Positions 13,068 to 26,558 of a DNA stretch of 64,000 bases are shown one piece after another. The notes beneath the pieces were generated by a model. It had not been told where the DNA came from. It searched no databases and saw only the letters and a list, made by a program, of their open reading frames with translations. A program made the translations under genes and the position numbers. Position 1 is the stretch's first letter. The number at the start of each line of letters is the position of its first letter. This stretch comes from Alloascoidea hylecoeti (taxonomy: Eukaryota), in NCBI GenBank assembly GCA_001600815.1, contig BCKZ01000015.1, forward strand, positions 558,001 through 622,000. Reading direction: 5' to 3'.

Positions 13068-14192
13068 ATGCTCTCTTTTAGAACAGCTGGGTACAATGGG
13101 TATGCCATAAAATACTCACCCTACTTTGATAATAAAGTTGCAGTTGCTACCGCTGCTAATTTTGGTCTGGTTGGAAATGGGAAATTATTCATTCTATCTA
13201 TAGGTGATGATGGTGTTATACGAAGCGAAAATGAATTCTTAACACAGGATGGTCTGTTTGACTTGGCTTGGTCTGAGATTCATGAAAATCATGTAGCTAC
13301 AGCTTGTGGTGATGGTACTGTCAAAATATTCGATACAACTCAACAGAATTACCCTATTCAGAATTGGTTTGAACACAAAAGAGAAGTTTTCTCAGTTAAT
13401 TGGAATCCAGTCGAAAAATCAACTTTAGTCACTTCAAGCTGGGATGGAACAATCAAAATATGGACTCCGAATAGACCATCCTCATTGACAACTCTAGTGC
13501 CTCAGAGAGATAATTCAACGATATTAGCTCCAAAAGGAAATATACCAATGTCGCATAAAGAAAGGCAACAACCCAATATACAAAATATGCCATCACCAAC
13601 TGATTGTATTTATTCTGCTGTTTTCTCCCCACATAATCCAAGTACCTTAATTTCTTCGCATTCATCTTCTCATGTTCAGGTATGGGATATTAGAGCGCCT
13701 AGGCCTTTACAGTTAGATATAATTGCTCATGGAGGGTTTGAAGCTCTAACAGTTGATTGGAATAAATACCGTTCAACGGTAGTTGCTTCTGCAGGTGTTG
13801 ATAGATCAATTAAGATCTGGGATTTAAGAATGATTCAAGTTTTATCTCAACCTCCTTCCACATCTCAGTCATTTCATAATACTGGGCCAAGTCCTTTAAA
13901 CGAATTACTAGGTCATGAGTATGCTATCAGAAAAATAGTATGGAGTCCGCATAGTGGTGAAATGTTATTGAGTTGTTCTTACGATATGAGTGCCAAGGTT
14001 TGGAAAGATCAGACTGATGATAAAGCTCGGTTTTTAACAAGGATAAATCACAATAGAGGATGTGTTGGAACATTTGGCGGTCATAGAGAGTTTGTCATTG
14101 GTGGCGATTGGAGTTTATGGGGTAATGAAGGATGGGTTGCAACTACAGGTTGGGACGAAATGGTTCATATTTGGGATGCAAAAGCATTATGA
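13068..14192 (+). CDS. PEX7: Peroxisomal PTS2 receptor (WD40)
   Basis: Characteristic N-terminus FRTAGYNGYAIKYSPYFDNKVAVATAANFGLVGNGKLFIL, WD repeats and a C-terminal ATTGWDEMV. Confidence 0.95.
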   Translation: MLSFRTAGYNGYAIKYSPYFDNKVAVATAANFGLVGNGKLFILSIGDDGVIRSENEFLTQDGLFDLAWSEIHENHVATACGDGTVKIFDTTQQNYPIQNWFEHKREVFSVNWNPVEKSTLVTSSWDGTIKIWTPNRPSSLTTLVPQRDNSTILAPKGNIPMSHKERQQPNIQNMPSPTDCIYSAVFSPHNPSTLISSHSSSHVQVWDIRAPRPLQLDIIAHGGFEALTVDWNKYRSTVVASAGVDRSIKIWDLRMIQVLSQPPSTSQSFHNTGPSPLNELLGHEYAIRKIVWSPHSGEMLLSCSYDMSAKVWKDQTDDKARFLTRINHNRGCVGTFGGHREFVIGGDWSLWGNEGWVATTGWDEMVHIWDAKAL

Positions 14193-14357
14193 TCATATGA
14201 GCTTTATAATTATAATATATAGGGAGCATTATATAATACATATTTACCATTAGTTATAATCAATAATCAATCGAACTAGAATATTTAGTCAGTATAATTT
14301 GTAGGTATAGCTAATTATGGAGATATTCACTGCTTTCATTCTTCAGTGGGGCATACT

Positions 14358-16784
14358 TTATTTTTTCAGTTTATAGCTATCACCAACTTTTTCAATTTCA
14401 TCCTCTTCCACCAAAGACTCCATATAGTTTTTCAGTTGATCCTTAGTTGCCATATATGGTGTTTCAGGAGGTACAACAATCCCCAAAAAAGAATGTATTC
14501 TATCAATAGGCAATGTGCCCAAATTCTTTAGCATACCGTTAATAAATGGAAATAAATATCCCATCTTACTAATAGTATTATCAGTTGAATCTTCTTCAAC
14601 TATTCCCGCGTCATTATGACCAACGTCTTGAATTTCATTATCCAAATCAGATAATTTTTCTACCGTTTTATACCAATTGGTTTTAAATTCCATAATTACT
14701 TTTTCCTTGTGCCAGAATGTTAATAATTTAGTTATCTCAGTTGAAGAAATTTGATTTTCAAAATGAGTTGTTATATCATCTAATGATATTTCAGATTTTT
14801 CTTCAAATAATTTTATAAAAACAGCTTGCTCTGGTGTTATGTCGAGTTCAACTACTCGATCTTCCAACTCAAGACAAACAGTAACAACACCATGTTTTGG
14901 AAGTAATTTTAATGAACGAGAGTTTTGAGTTTCAGAGAAGGTTTTAGAATATAATTCATATTGACTAGAAATTGAAATAGTAGCTTAGTTAGTAATTTAT
15001 GGCATTAATAGCATCGATAAGAAATAAACGCATACCTTATAATATCAGAGGGTAATACTAAATCTCCATAGTCTAATTCAGACCAAAACATCCTTGATAA
15101 AATGTTCATATGGAATATGTTATTAATTTCTTCATTTTTCTTATGAATTGTTTTATCTAACTTCTTAGATTCTCTAATATCTTGAATCATTACATCAACT
15201 ACTTGAAATTCTTCTTTCCCAAATTTCGATTTCAATAGACTTAAATCAAATATTATCTTATCAAATCTTTCAATTTCACTGAGAGTATCGGAATGATTTG
15301 TTTGTAACAATTTTGTATTGAAAATTCTAACAAATTCGGAAACAAAGATGGCATTGTTATCATAGAGGGAAACCAAAGATTCTATGATATCTTGTTTATT
15401 AGTTTTGAAGTCGGGAAGCGTATCAACAGGATCAGGACTCCATTCCATTGTGAATTCGTCAGTTTGAGGAGGTTCCTTTTTATTTTGTAAATTTTTATGA
15501 GCTTTTAAGGCCTCATAAAGCTCATTTAATTTTGTATCTGATGATTCACCAATTAAACCCGAAACAATATTTTCAATAGTATCATCTCTATCTTTTAAAT
15601 ATTTTCTAATTGGTCTTTTCACTTTATCTAATAACACCAATTTTGGATCAATAATACTGAAACTTCTTATAACTGAGATATAAAAAGTAATTATATCACT
15701 TGTATTTGTACCAGAATGTAGTAAATTATCAAAACATTCCCTTATAAAAACAGTAGCTAAGTCTGCTCTCTGCTTTGGAGTTATTAGCCATACATCCATT
15801 TCTTCTAGTGCTGATATAGAATTTGGATAATCTACTACTAGATCATAACTTTGAAGTATTCTTTCCTTCATTATTTTTTTCATGCCTGTTTCAATTAATA
15901 TTTCAAGTAAATCAATATCTTCTTCATTTTCAGTATCAATATCAATAAAATTTAAAATCAATGAAACTAAACTTTTTGATAGCCAACTTGTAAATAACGG
16001 TAATATTGGTTCATGCCATAATTTTGCATAAATAGTAATGTGTTTGTATAATTCTGAACATATTAATGTACCTAATAGTGCATTCACTTGATTTGATAAT
16101 GGTGTCCCATAACTAGATAACATCTGGAAGAAGTCATTCATATAAAGATGTTGCTGTATATTTGCTCCGGGTGAACCACTCGTTAGGATTCTAGCCAGGA
16201 CAGGAAATAAATATTTTAATGAATCGTTAACCATTACACCAAAAAATACTTCAAATGCTATATGTGAATCATCAGTGAATTTTAAATCTTCTAGTTTTGA
16301 AAAGTATAACTTTTGTGCTTCATCAAGTAAGTTAATAATTAGTTCTATATGTGTTTGCAATGTAAACTTGCATTTCGTGATTTCTTGAAGTGACGGGAAT
16401 GGTGGGATCTGTGGTAAGACTTTAGAGTCGTAGTGTATTTTAACTTGGACCTTGTATAAGTTGAGGAGCCTATCTTCTACTCCTTCTTCTCCTTCTCCTT
16501 CGTCTTCACTGTCTTCATCTTCATAATATTCTTCTTCTTTTTCTAATAAGTTTACGAAGGCATCGGTAATGGCTGGTGTGCAATCTGATAATAATAAGTC
16601 TTCACATTAGCTCATTGAAATTATCAAGATCCATGGTGAACATACCATCAGTAACATGAGGATCCATCCATTCACTCACTATTTTCCAATCAATATCAGC
16701 ATCTTCTCTTACATTTTCGATTTTGTTTTCCACGATCAAATCCGGGAATATCTTTTGTACTCTGAGTTTTGATATGGATGTCAT
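14358..16784 (-). CDS. APC2: Anaphase-promoting complex subunit 2 (cullin-like); introns 16585-16645 and 14965-15035
   Basis: Motifs LLHSGTNTSDII, RPIRKYLKDRDDT, WSPDPVD and a C-terminal winged helix (FINGMLKNLGTLPIDRIHSFL). Two GT..AG introns join three track ORFs in frame. Confidence 0.92.
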
Positions 16785-16902
16785 AATTGTGATGTAAACA
16801 CTCGTTTTCAAGATTTGGGTTCTCTCTCAATTTTTACCCGGATGTGGCTGATCCTTTTATTTACCAGACTGTTATAAACATCTTATATTTGTGTAAATAT
16901 TA

Positions 16903-17737
16903 ATGACAGTAAGTCTTATCTCCTTTTCGCGTCTAGTCTCGTATCATTTTACTAACATCTATGTAGGGACGCAGACGGATTCGGACACAGTTTATGGAAG
17001 CCACCTCCTGTAGCAGTTCAGAAGCCACCGCGTTTCTTCAATCGAACAACTGGGACTTATCCGAAGCAGTAGATGATTTCCTTTCCTCTCGAACTTATAC
17101 GCAAACCAAAAGGTCTCGAACAGGTGGCCACTTTCTCGATCCATTGACCACTCTTTTCAATAAATATAAAGCGATGGATGAAGAAGATGATGACATAATT
17201 GGCCTGAATGGCACAATTCAATATTTTAAGGATATGAATGTTGATTTGGAAGACCCTACTGTGTTATGTATAAACCACCTAATTGACGCCAAAGCAGTGG
17301 GTGCGATATCCAGGGAAGGTTTCATAAATGGTTGGTCGAGCCACAGCATTGGTGATTTATCCCACATGAAGAAAGTGGGAGATACTCTTCATGATAAACT
17401 ATTGGTAAATACAGAATATTACACGACTATTTATGAATTCACTTTTACATTGATAGCTGAACAACTGAAAGCGATTACGGTGGAACTTGCCGGTGATTAT
17501 TGGACTCTGTTACTTCCTTTACATCCAAAACTGGCCAACTCTCCTCTTGTTTCTAAGTGGATCATGTTTACAAAAGATGCTGAGAATGGCATAGATACAG
17601 TTTCAAAAGATACGTGGAATATGGTACTACCTTTTTTGGTAGAATCTACTGAGAGCGACCCAACTCTTACAAATTATGATGAGATGGCAGCATGGCCTTG
17701 TATGATAGATATCTTTGTGGAATCTGTGGCTACATAA
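16903..17737 (+). CDS. DCN1: Dcn1 neddylation E3 (UBA-like + PONY); intron 16909-16966
   Basis: ATG ACA | GTAAGT..TACTAAC..TAG. UBA-like segment FLQSNNWDLSEAVDDF; PONY motifs VSKDTWNM and YDEMAAWPCMIDIFVE. Confidence 0.9.
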
Positions 17738-18016
17738 CAACATAACAACATAACAATGGAAGGGCATCATGTTTATATAGTATGATAGTGATGGATATGG
17801 AGATAATATAATATAAATTTACAGAAAATTTAAGGATTAAATTAAAGTAAGATTTAAGTTTGTGAGTAAGTTATATGTACTAGGAGTTCCAATTATTTCT
17901 CTCTTGCCATGCCATCTATTCAATATTAATGATGTGCTAATATAGTTGTATACTACTAAACCCGTACACCCACTGCCACTCTTCACAGTTAATATTTAAC
18001 ACACTTTTCAACAAAA

Positions 18017-19177
18017 ATGGATGAGATAAGCAAGCTTTACACACTTTATAAACAGGAACTTGCCTTGGCAAAGCAAGAAGGTTCATCCACTTCAAAGGGT
18101 CAAGAGCATCAAACTCGAGCCACGGAACTTCTAAAGCATATTAATGAGCTACAGCGGCCAAACACAACAGCATCATCAGCATCTTCACCAGCACCGGTAA
18201 CAACATCAACATCAAAGTCGCCGCCGGCTCCAAGTACTCCAACAACTTCAAATACTTCATCGAATACTCCAGTCGGAAGTACTAATACTGGTAGTAACGC
18301 TCTTTCGAATGACTATAAAAATGCGTTGAGTAATCTACGGTTAAAATTTACTCAAGGACAACAAAAATTGGCAGAAATTGATGCCGCAGTGGAGAATGGT
18401 AATTTGAAACAAGAGGAGGCTACTAGGTTGAGAAGGCAAGAACAACTTATAATGGATCAAACTGCTTCTCGAATTAGTGTTTTCCAACAACGGATGAGCA
18501 CCGCAACCCAATCTACCCATAGTAATAGCAATAGCAATCAGTCATTACAGAATTCCAAAGTTAATACACCGGGGAATCAGGTTAATCAAGGAGGCTCAAG
18601 TCAATTGAATATGAAAAGACCAATAATAAGACCTACACCTAGTTATAATCAACCCCATATGGGTACTTCAACGATGCAAATTAATCGTTCTTCTCCAGTA
18701 ACTTCTAGATCATTAATGTCTAATCCCCATACTCCAATAACTCATAATATGAGTATGATGAATAGGCCAAATAATTCTGTAACCCGACCATTACCTCTTT
18801 CAACGCCACAGCACTCTTCCATGTTACAACCTCCTGGTCGTGTTTTATCGAAATTAAAGCTACAAGAATTAATACGTCGATTAAATCCACAACCAGTTCA
18901 ACCATCTAATTCATCATCATCCTTTATTGATGATGATATTGATCCTGATCTTCTTGAATTGTTTCAGGATTTGACAGAATCATTTATTACTGATGTTATA
19001 AACTTCTCTGCTAGAATAGCAAAACATAGAGGTTCAGATACTATTGATACGAGAGATGTTCAAGTTAATTTAGAAAGAAATTGGGGAATTAGAGTTCCTA
19101 ATGGAATCGGGGAGGATATCAGATCTGTAAAAAGAATAAAAGGCAATGAAACTAAGGATAGCAAAGATAAGAAGTGA
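18017..19177 (+). CDS. TAF12: TFIID/SAGA subunit Taf12
   Basis: C-terminal histone fold LSKLKLQELIR..FITDVINFSARIAKHRGSDTIDTRDVQVNLERNWGIRVP. Confidence 0.92.
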   Translation: MDEISKLYTLYKQELALAKQEGSSTSKGQEHQTRATELLKHINELQRPNTTASSASSPAPVTTSTSKSPPAPSTPTTSNTSSNTPVGSTNTGSNALSNDYKNALSNLRLKFTQGQQKLAEIDAAVENGNLKQEEATRLRRQEQLIMDQTASRISVFQQRMSTATQSTHSNSNSNQSLQNSKVNTPGNQVNQGGSSQLNMKRPIIRPTPSYNQPHMGTSTMQINRSSPVTSRSLMSNPHTPITHNMSMMNRPNNSVTRPLPLSTPQHSSMLQPPGRVLSKLKLQELIRRLNPQPVQPSNSSSSFIDDDIDPDLLELFQDLTESFITDVINFSARIAKHRGSDTIDTRDVQVNLERNWGIRVPNGIGEDIRSVKRIKGNETKDSKDKK

Positions 19178-20702
19178 CATCATTTTATAAATATCGGGAA
19201 AATTCAAACATTTTTTTCTTATCGATATCTTAATTTTATATTTTAATCCGATTTCGTTTCTTGTTTAATAATTTATCTGAATCATTACGCTGTATCGCAA
19301 CATTTAATTTAAAATGATCCGGTAAGAAACGAAAAAAACCTTAATTGGCTTCTTAATTATAATTCTAAACTCATATAATTCCAGTAAAACTAGTATTATA
19401 ACAAGTGAGCTCGTTAGCGGGCCCGGATTATATTATAGATCATTTATATATATTTATCGTTCTCGACCACCGAATGTATGCATTCATTTATCACTTATAT
19501 ACATGCATTTATTTATTGCTTGTGGTTAACTATAGCTATACATATTCATTTGATCATTCAATATTCTTTCTACAGGAAATGTTTATAATTCAGATATTAT
19601 AAAAAAAAAAAATTTAATTAAATCATTTAGATACTTAATTGGTCTAATTGAAAATTAATATGTATAGATTTACAATTACTTACCTTCAATTACAAATATA
19701 TTTTATACCTACCTATCATGAGCACATATCATAAGCAATATTGCTTGAATACTTCCTTGAGCAATCTCTTTTCGGATTTATTTTTTAGTTTTATATCTTA
19801 TGATGAACATTAATATTAATAAAGAATTTCATAATATCACGAGTAGATTTCTAATGACGGCTTCGTAACTATATTATAGATGACATTTTAAATGTTGCTC
19901 ATATATATAATTAGGAATTTGATTTGGAGTATAAGCTATATTACATTATATTGTTGATAATATATTATGATCCATATGATCCTGGGATATTATCCCTATA
20001 ATTCATTTATTAGAATATATAAATAGTTAATTATCAGGTAGCTTTTAAATAATTAAGTCAAATAAATTTCTCAAGCAAAAAATTCATAAGTTCTCAATCT
20101 ATAAAATTCAACATATGACTTATATATTGCCAGAATACTTATAGTAATTTTTATTTTGGAGATATTAAAGCCAGGCCTAGACTTAAGCTTAAGCTGAAGA
20201 AGATTTTGAATATATTCTTGTATAAGTAAGAACTTTAGATATGAGATCAAGATTTGATAAGACATTATATACCAACACTCATTGTTAATTAACTTACGAT
20301 TGCACGTGCGGAGGTTAATCATCAATTACAATGGTAAAAGTAGTTATTAAGGTTTGACATTACGTACCTGACATGTTATAGTTGTAGTTTTTAACGGTAT
20401 TTATCTGTAATAAATAATTACAATCAAGGAAGCAAATAAATAATACCTTACTTCTTAGAACTCTATTCATAGTCTCTTTCATGGAAGTTTATCGTTGCTA
20501 AATATAAGCAAGATGATTTCATTTTAGGCTTTCTTTTAGTAGATTCCAGATGGTTATCTTATCATATAATAGAATAAAGGGAAATTGCTATATCATGTAA
20601 AGAATTATAAAAGGTCGACGATTTCCTCCTTCTATTGCTTTTATTTTTTTAATCCTTAGATCTGAATGAAAAGCTCTCTTCAAGTTCACTTAAACATCAA
20701 AA

Positions 20703-21551
20703 ATGAAACCACAGCAAATCATGAAAATCATTCCTTTTATACTCCCATTATTATCATTTGTTAATTGTGGTTTAATACAATCCAACGAAACTCATTCTGA
20801 AGTGAAAAGGTTTAATGTTTTTTCAATTATTCATTCGATTTTACATCCTGACGATGAATCCACTACTTCAGTTGATACTACTACAGCTGATATTACTACA
20901 ACTACAACAGAAACTATACCTACGACATTGTTGGGTACTGTTACTGTGAATAATACTGCTACAACTGATTATGTAACTGTTCCTGGACCTACCTTAAGTG
21001 TATATGGTAATGTGACTACAACAGAAACTATAGCTTCAACATTGTTGTATACTGTTACACTTAACGTTACTCTCTCTGGTACTACATCTACTTATACTAT
21101 AAATAATCCCGCTACAACTGATTATGTATCTATTCCTGGGATTACATTACGGTATAGATAATGGAGCTACAATTGATTATGTAACCATTCCTGGAACTAC
21201 GTTAAGTTTATCTCGTTATACTTCTAAAATTGGCTTCCGATTCTCAGGTAATTCATCTTCTATCATTAATACATACAACTACCATCAATAGCAATGGTAC
21301 CTCTACAAATAGTACATCAACAGAACCCGTTGTGGCTATTGGATTCATCAGATCAAAATAACGAGGCTATAAGTGCATACTGTGGAAAACATATCAAGGC
21401 TACTTATTAAGGAAAAAGTGTTACAGTTCGAGTGGTTGATTCATGTGCAACATGTACGGATGATCAATTAGATTTTTCACCTTCAGCTTTTAAATCTTTA
21501 TTTGAATTAGAAATTTGGCTTATTCATGTTGGATCAAATTTAGATATGTGA
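20703..21551 (+). pseudogene. Disrupted secreted Thr-rich protein with a C-terminal RlpA-like double-psi beta-barrel (expansin/loosenin-like) domain
   Basis: Signal peptide, a KR site and Thr-rich internal repeats (ORF 20703..21161). After a stop and frameshifts it continues AYCGKHIKATY*GKSVTVRVVDSCATCTDDQLDFSPSAFKSL, the DPBB signature with an in-frame stop. Confidence 0.8.
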
Positions 21552-21989
21552 TGAAATAACAACAATTGCAAGCTTGAGTAAACAAGATAAGCTTAAATAT
21601 TTAATAACAACTATTTCTTTTTTTTTTATACTTTAATATAGTTTTCAATTTTTTATACAACACATGTGAGATGGTAATTAATTGAAAAGAAAGTTTAATT
21701 GATTAATTTATAATTATACGAATGAGTGCTCTAAAAATAGTAAATAGCTACATTATTATAATTAAGTTTAAGGTTGTTTGACCAAGAAGATTCCAGTAAA
21801 AGCGGAAGCATCGACTCCGTAGGAATGATGGCGGATGCTGCCCAAATTGGAGAATTGAAAATCAAGGTCAACAATAGTAACTAAACAGGACGAACATCCA
21901 GCGACCGGAATAGGTAAGTGGGTTATTATGAAGAAAATCTCTTAGGTAGGTGGAAGGATGGAGGTTGTGGGTATGCTGGGATGCATGAA

Positions 21990-22830
21990 GTTGTATGAAC
22001 CATTGAATTGCTTGAATGGGAACTGGATTTACGAGAGCATGGATGTCGGGCGGGCGTGTGGGTGTTGCGGTACATAGTAGGGAGGCAGGGCTATGCAGGG
22101 CCGCGTGGATCTGCGAAGCGTTGTGCCCACGTAACGGCAGCTGCATACGAGAGTTGGGCAGAGGAGCAGCGGGGAACCCACGAGGGCTGGAGTGGGGGGC
22201 GCTCGGCAGCACGGGGCCGGGGCGGGCGGGCGGGTCGCAGCTGGAGCGGACGAAAGAGGCAATTTGCATCGGCAGCAGGAATAATACAGAGCGCTAAGCT
22301 TCGAACAATAAGCTACGAGTTTGGAATTCCAGGCTGGCGCAGTGTCGCAGAGCTGCGAGCGAAGGTTCTGTGCATGATAAAGGCTGGTAGACACAGCGCA
22401 GATCGCTATTTGTGCGAGATATACGCACGGTGGCCGGGCAACCGCGTGCATGTAGTAAGTGGCAGCTATACGCTGGTTGCGATTTAAACCCTCCAAATCC
22501 TCCTTTCCTGTTATCATGTCTCCAGATGTTCGCTCCCTACCATTTTAACTCCGCTGCCTCCTCCAAAGACCTCCACGCCGAGGACGACCCGTTCGGGCCT
22601 CTGTCCAGCCTGCCGAGAATGCCCATCCGCATCGGAAACACGTTCGACCCGCTCACGACCTCGAGCTCCTCCTCCAGCACGCAGCGCCAGGTGCTGGGGC
22701 AGCACCAGCACCCCCGGACGTCGGTCTCGTCCATCTGCTCGGAAACGTCGTCCTCGAACTCCATCAAAACCGTGTTCGACCGGGCCAGACGTGGCTCCCG
22801 CGAGGTGTGTTCTTTTGCTCCCCCAGCAAA
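21990..22830. other. GC-rich peak over the haspin promoter and 5' CDS
   Basis: 48/60 G+C at 22201-22260 versus 7/60 at 24721-24780 in the haspin CDS downstream. Boundaries are approximate. Confidence 0.85.
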
Positions 22831-24472
22831 CACCCGCCGCTTCTCATTGATCGATCCTTTTTCCTTTGAAGCACATCCCGCAGCCTCTGATGCTGCAACT
22901 ACCACTTCTCACGCAAGGCGTTCCTCAATCCCGAATCAACTCCCAATCTCAAATTCAAATATTAATCCCAACCTCTTCGTTTCTCCCTCCGAGCTTCTTC
23001 AACAACATTCAAACCAACAATCACAACATTCAATGACTTCAGAACTTAACCTTCAAACCCAAACCCAAAAACATGTGCAACTTCAATCACAAACCCAAAA
23101 TAATAAACATTCAAAGTCGCGATCTTTCAGTCGTCGAAAACTGTCTAAAAAAGTAATTTCCGCCCCACTAGTTAATGAAAACACTACGGCAACAACAATG
23201 GTATTCAGTGGTCAAACCGTTGAACTCAGAGACCTAACTACGGCTCAGAAGGAAAAACAAAAGGAAGCCCTTCTCAGGTTTCAACAGCAACAACAACGCC
23301 AAAAACAAAAACAGAAACACGAGCCAATCTTTAAAGTCAACGCTAATGTTAACCCTAACCCTAATTCAGCTACTACTGTCACTCCCACGTGCTCGTATAC
23401 TGAAACTGAAACAACAACATCTCAAACTAATAATCCAAATATTAATCACGAGCCTTATAAAAAGCATAACCGTTTTCGTAATTCAATATCTTCTCATTCT
23501 AACGTGTTTGGAAAAACTCCTGATGAATCAAATTCTCAGTCTCAATCTCAATCTCAATCTAAATCTCAATCTCAATCTCAATCTCAATCACAACAGGTAC
23601 CTGCAATTGGTATTAGACCTTCACATGAACAATTAAAAGTAAATACTTCTCCTAAAAAATCTTCTAAAAAGTTATCTGATATGAGAAAATCATTAATGTC
23701 TTTTTCTTCAAATTCTTCTAAATTTAGATTATCTCATTATTCTTCAATTACTAAAACTAATACTCTTATTGATGATTCTGCTAATAGAAGAAGAACCATT
23801 CAACCTTCAAGATCCGCTACTTCTAGTAGTATTAATTCTTACACTTCAAATTCAAATTCACCTAATTTAGACAAAACTATGATCTCATTACCTGTTCCAA
23901 TAAACACTTCAAGAGAAAAACTTAATAATAAATTACGTGCAAGTAATTCTTTATTATCACTTAGTTATTCAAATTCAAATTCAAATTCAAATTCAAATTC
24001 AAATTCACATACAAATAATAATCATAGTGGTGGTACATCTCCAATTATAACTTTTGAACAATCAATGCAACAACATTTAGATTTTTTAATGAAATCTCTA
24101 TTAAATCTTTGTAATTCAAATGAAATTTTAAATTTTACTGATTTTTTAAATTCACGTAAATCAAATATTTCAAATACAAATTCAAATTCAATTCATATTT
24201 CAAAATTATCTGAAGCTAAATTTAGTGAAGTTTATTTAGAACAAATATTAGATTCTTCTTTAACTTCAAATGGTGTAAATAAAAAAGTTTTAAAAGTTTT
24301 ACCTTTTGGTAATGATTCTTTAGATCAAATTGAAATTCAAGATATTATTCAAGAATTAACAATTGGTAGACAATTAACTGATACAAATGGATTTGTTAAT
24401 ATGATTGAAGCTTATGTTGTTAAAGGGAAATACCCTGATGAATTAATTAGACTTTGGGATAGATATAAAAAA

Positions 24473-24505
<33 letters not shown>

Positions 24506-25666
24506 TCTCAACAACAATCAACAAGATTTGAAAAATATAGACCTGATTATTATCAATCTGATCAACATTATTGTATTATTATTATGGAAGATGCTGGTTT
24601 AGATTTAAAAAAATTTCAATTAACTTCTTGGAATCAAGCAAAAATTATATTTTGGCAAGTTGTTCAATCTTTATCTGAAGCTGAAAAAAATTTTCAATTT
24701 GAACATAGAGATTTACATTGGGGTAATATAATTATTAAACCTAAAAAAATAATTAATTCAAATAATAATAATAGAATTTATATTAATAATGACAATATTG
24801 ATGATGAAAATATTGAAGTAACTTTAATTGATTTTACATTATCAAGAGCAAATTTTAATGGTATGGTTATATTTACTGGTTTAGATCATCCTGAATTTTT
24901 TAGAGGTAAAGGTGATTATCAATTTGAAGTTTATAGAATAATGAGACAATTACACACTAATACACAACATTTAACAAATAATAATAATTCTAATAGAAAT
25001 AATCATAATAATAATCAACAACATGGACATTCAACCGCATCATCTCCAGCTGTTTCAACTTATTCATTTGCTTCATCTGTAAGTACAAGTCCAAGCATAA
25101 CTAGTATGTCTTCAATTGCAACTGCTGGTAATAGACTATCAAGTATTGAATGGTCTGAATTTTGTCCACAAACAAATGTTTTATGGTTACACTATTTACT
25201 TGATAAATTATTAAATCATAAAGGATTATCAAAGGGAAGATCAATGAATTCTCCATCTCATCCACAATTACAATTACCTTATAAATCAAATAATTCAAGT
25301 ATTCTAAGTTCTAAAAATTCTTCTCAAAGTCTTCAATCAATATCTGAAACAATAATGGAATCAAGTCTTGATTACGAAATTTCAACAAAAGAATTATTAA
25401 TTTTGGAAAATTTAGAATATATTTATAAATGTTTAGATCCATCAAGATCATCTAAAAAAAATAAAAAAATGTCAATGCCATTACCATTACCATTATCATT
25501 ATCAAATCGTGATAATTATTATAATATTCATCATCATAACAGTAATCATTTTAATAATAATAATAAGAAAAAAAAATCAAAAAAAAATTCAAATGATCTT
25601 ACTTTTCAAGATTTTAATTCTGCAAATGATATTTTAGAATGGGGGAAAAAAAATCAATTTTGTTAA
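22526..25666 (+). CDS. ALK1: Haspin-family kinase (Alk1/Alk2-like)
   Basis: C-terminal haspin kinase domain with FEHRDLHWGNI, IDFTLSR, FRGKGDYQFEVYRIMR and PQTNVLWLHYL; long low-complexity N-terminus. The first ATG is at 22526 (the track start at 22412 is GTG). Confidence 0.9.
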
Positions 25667-25688
25667 AAAGCATAAGTTGTTATATACA

Positions 25689-25689
<1 letters not shown>

Positions 25690-25730
<41 letters not shown>
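25690..25730 (+). repeat. A41 homopolymer
   Basis: Direct read; begins 24 nt after the haspin stop codon. Confidence 0.95.
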
Positions 25731-25732
<2 letters not shown>

Positions 25733-26558
25733 AAACTCTTCTTTTTATTTATATTCTTATTTTTTTTATAGGATTCTTTTATTATTATTGGGTCTTTATT
25801 TTTAAAACTATATATATTTTATTGACTTTTATATCGCTAATCGTTTTCAAATCCCTTTATATTCAATTTTGTTACTTTAGTTGGAGATGTTTTCTTTTTA
25901 TACCCAAATGTATTAATAAACTATTCTTATATATATATCAATTGCGGTTGCAATAATCACAGCGCATATATACTGTATACTTATATATATTTCTCTTCTG
26001 TTATGCTCTTTAAAGCTTATAATATTTTATAAATTCGCTCTTTATTTGTTTTTGAACAGCTAATTTAGTTTATATAATTAGTGGCTATTTTAATTTTATA
26101 TGATATTATTTAGAATTTCTATAAACTTGTAAAGTTATAACCAATAATATATTATTAATTCGTTTTCCACTCTAGATCTCGAGCTCATTTTAACTGTGTG
26201 AAGTTGCGAACTCAGTAATTAAGCTTGCCTGATAATAAATATATGCAAGATAGTTGCAACATTATCATGGAAGCGATTAGAATATTAGAGATTTCCTATT
26301 TTACAATAATATGGAATTTAATAAATATAAATAAAAAAATTATATTAAAATATATTAAAATATCAAGAAAAAGATAAAATTATAACCGTTTATAGTGATT
26401 CAACCATCAAACCTCGGAGTTTTAATTAAGCGTTAGCTCTATAATGACCAATGTTCCAATCTGTAAACCAATATATTTCAGCTGTAACCATTATGTTGTA
26501 AAGTTGAAAAGTTATAGTAAAGAAAACCAAGAAATGGATGTAAAAAGAGAAAGTATAA

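Noticed and set aside
21868..22517. Four overlapping 93-162 aa ORFs on both strands
   Set aside because: Expected by-product of stop-codon scarcity in the GC peak; no recognisable domains.
25639..25956. Poly-Lys ORF
   Set aside because: Translation of the A41 tract and an AT-rich 3' flank.
26214..26233. Possible third pheromone remnant (agtaattaagcttgcctgat)
   Set aside because: The match is too short and AT-rich to distinguish from chance.
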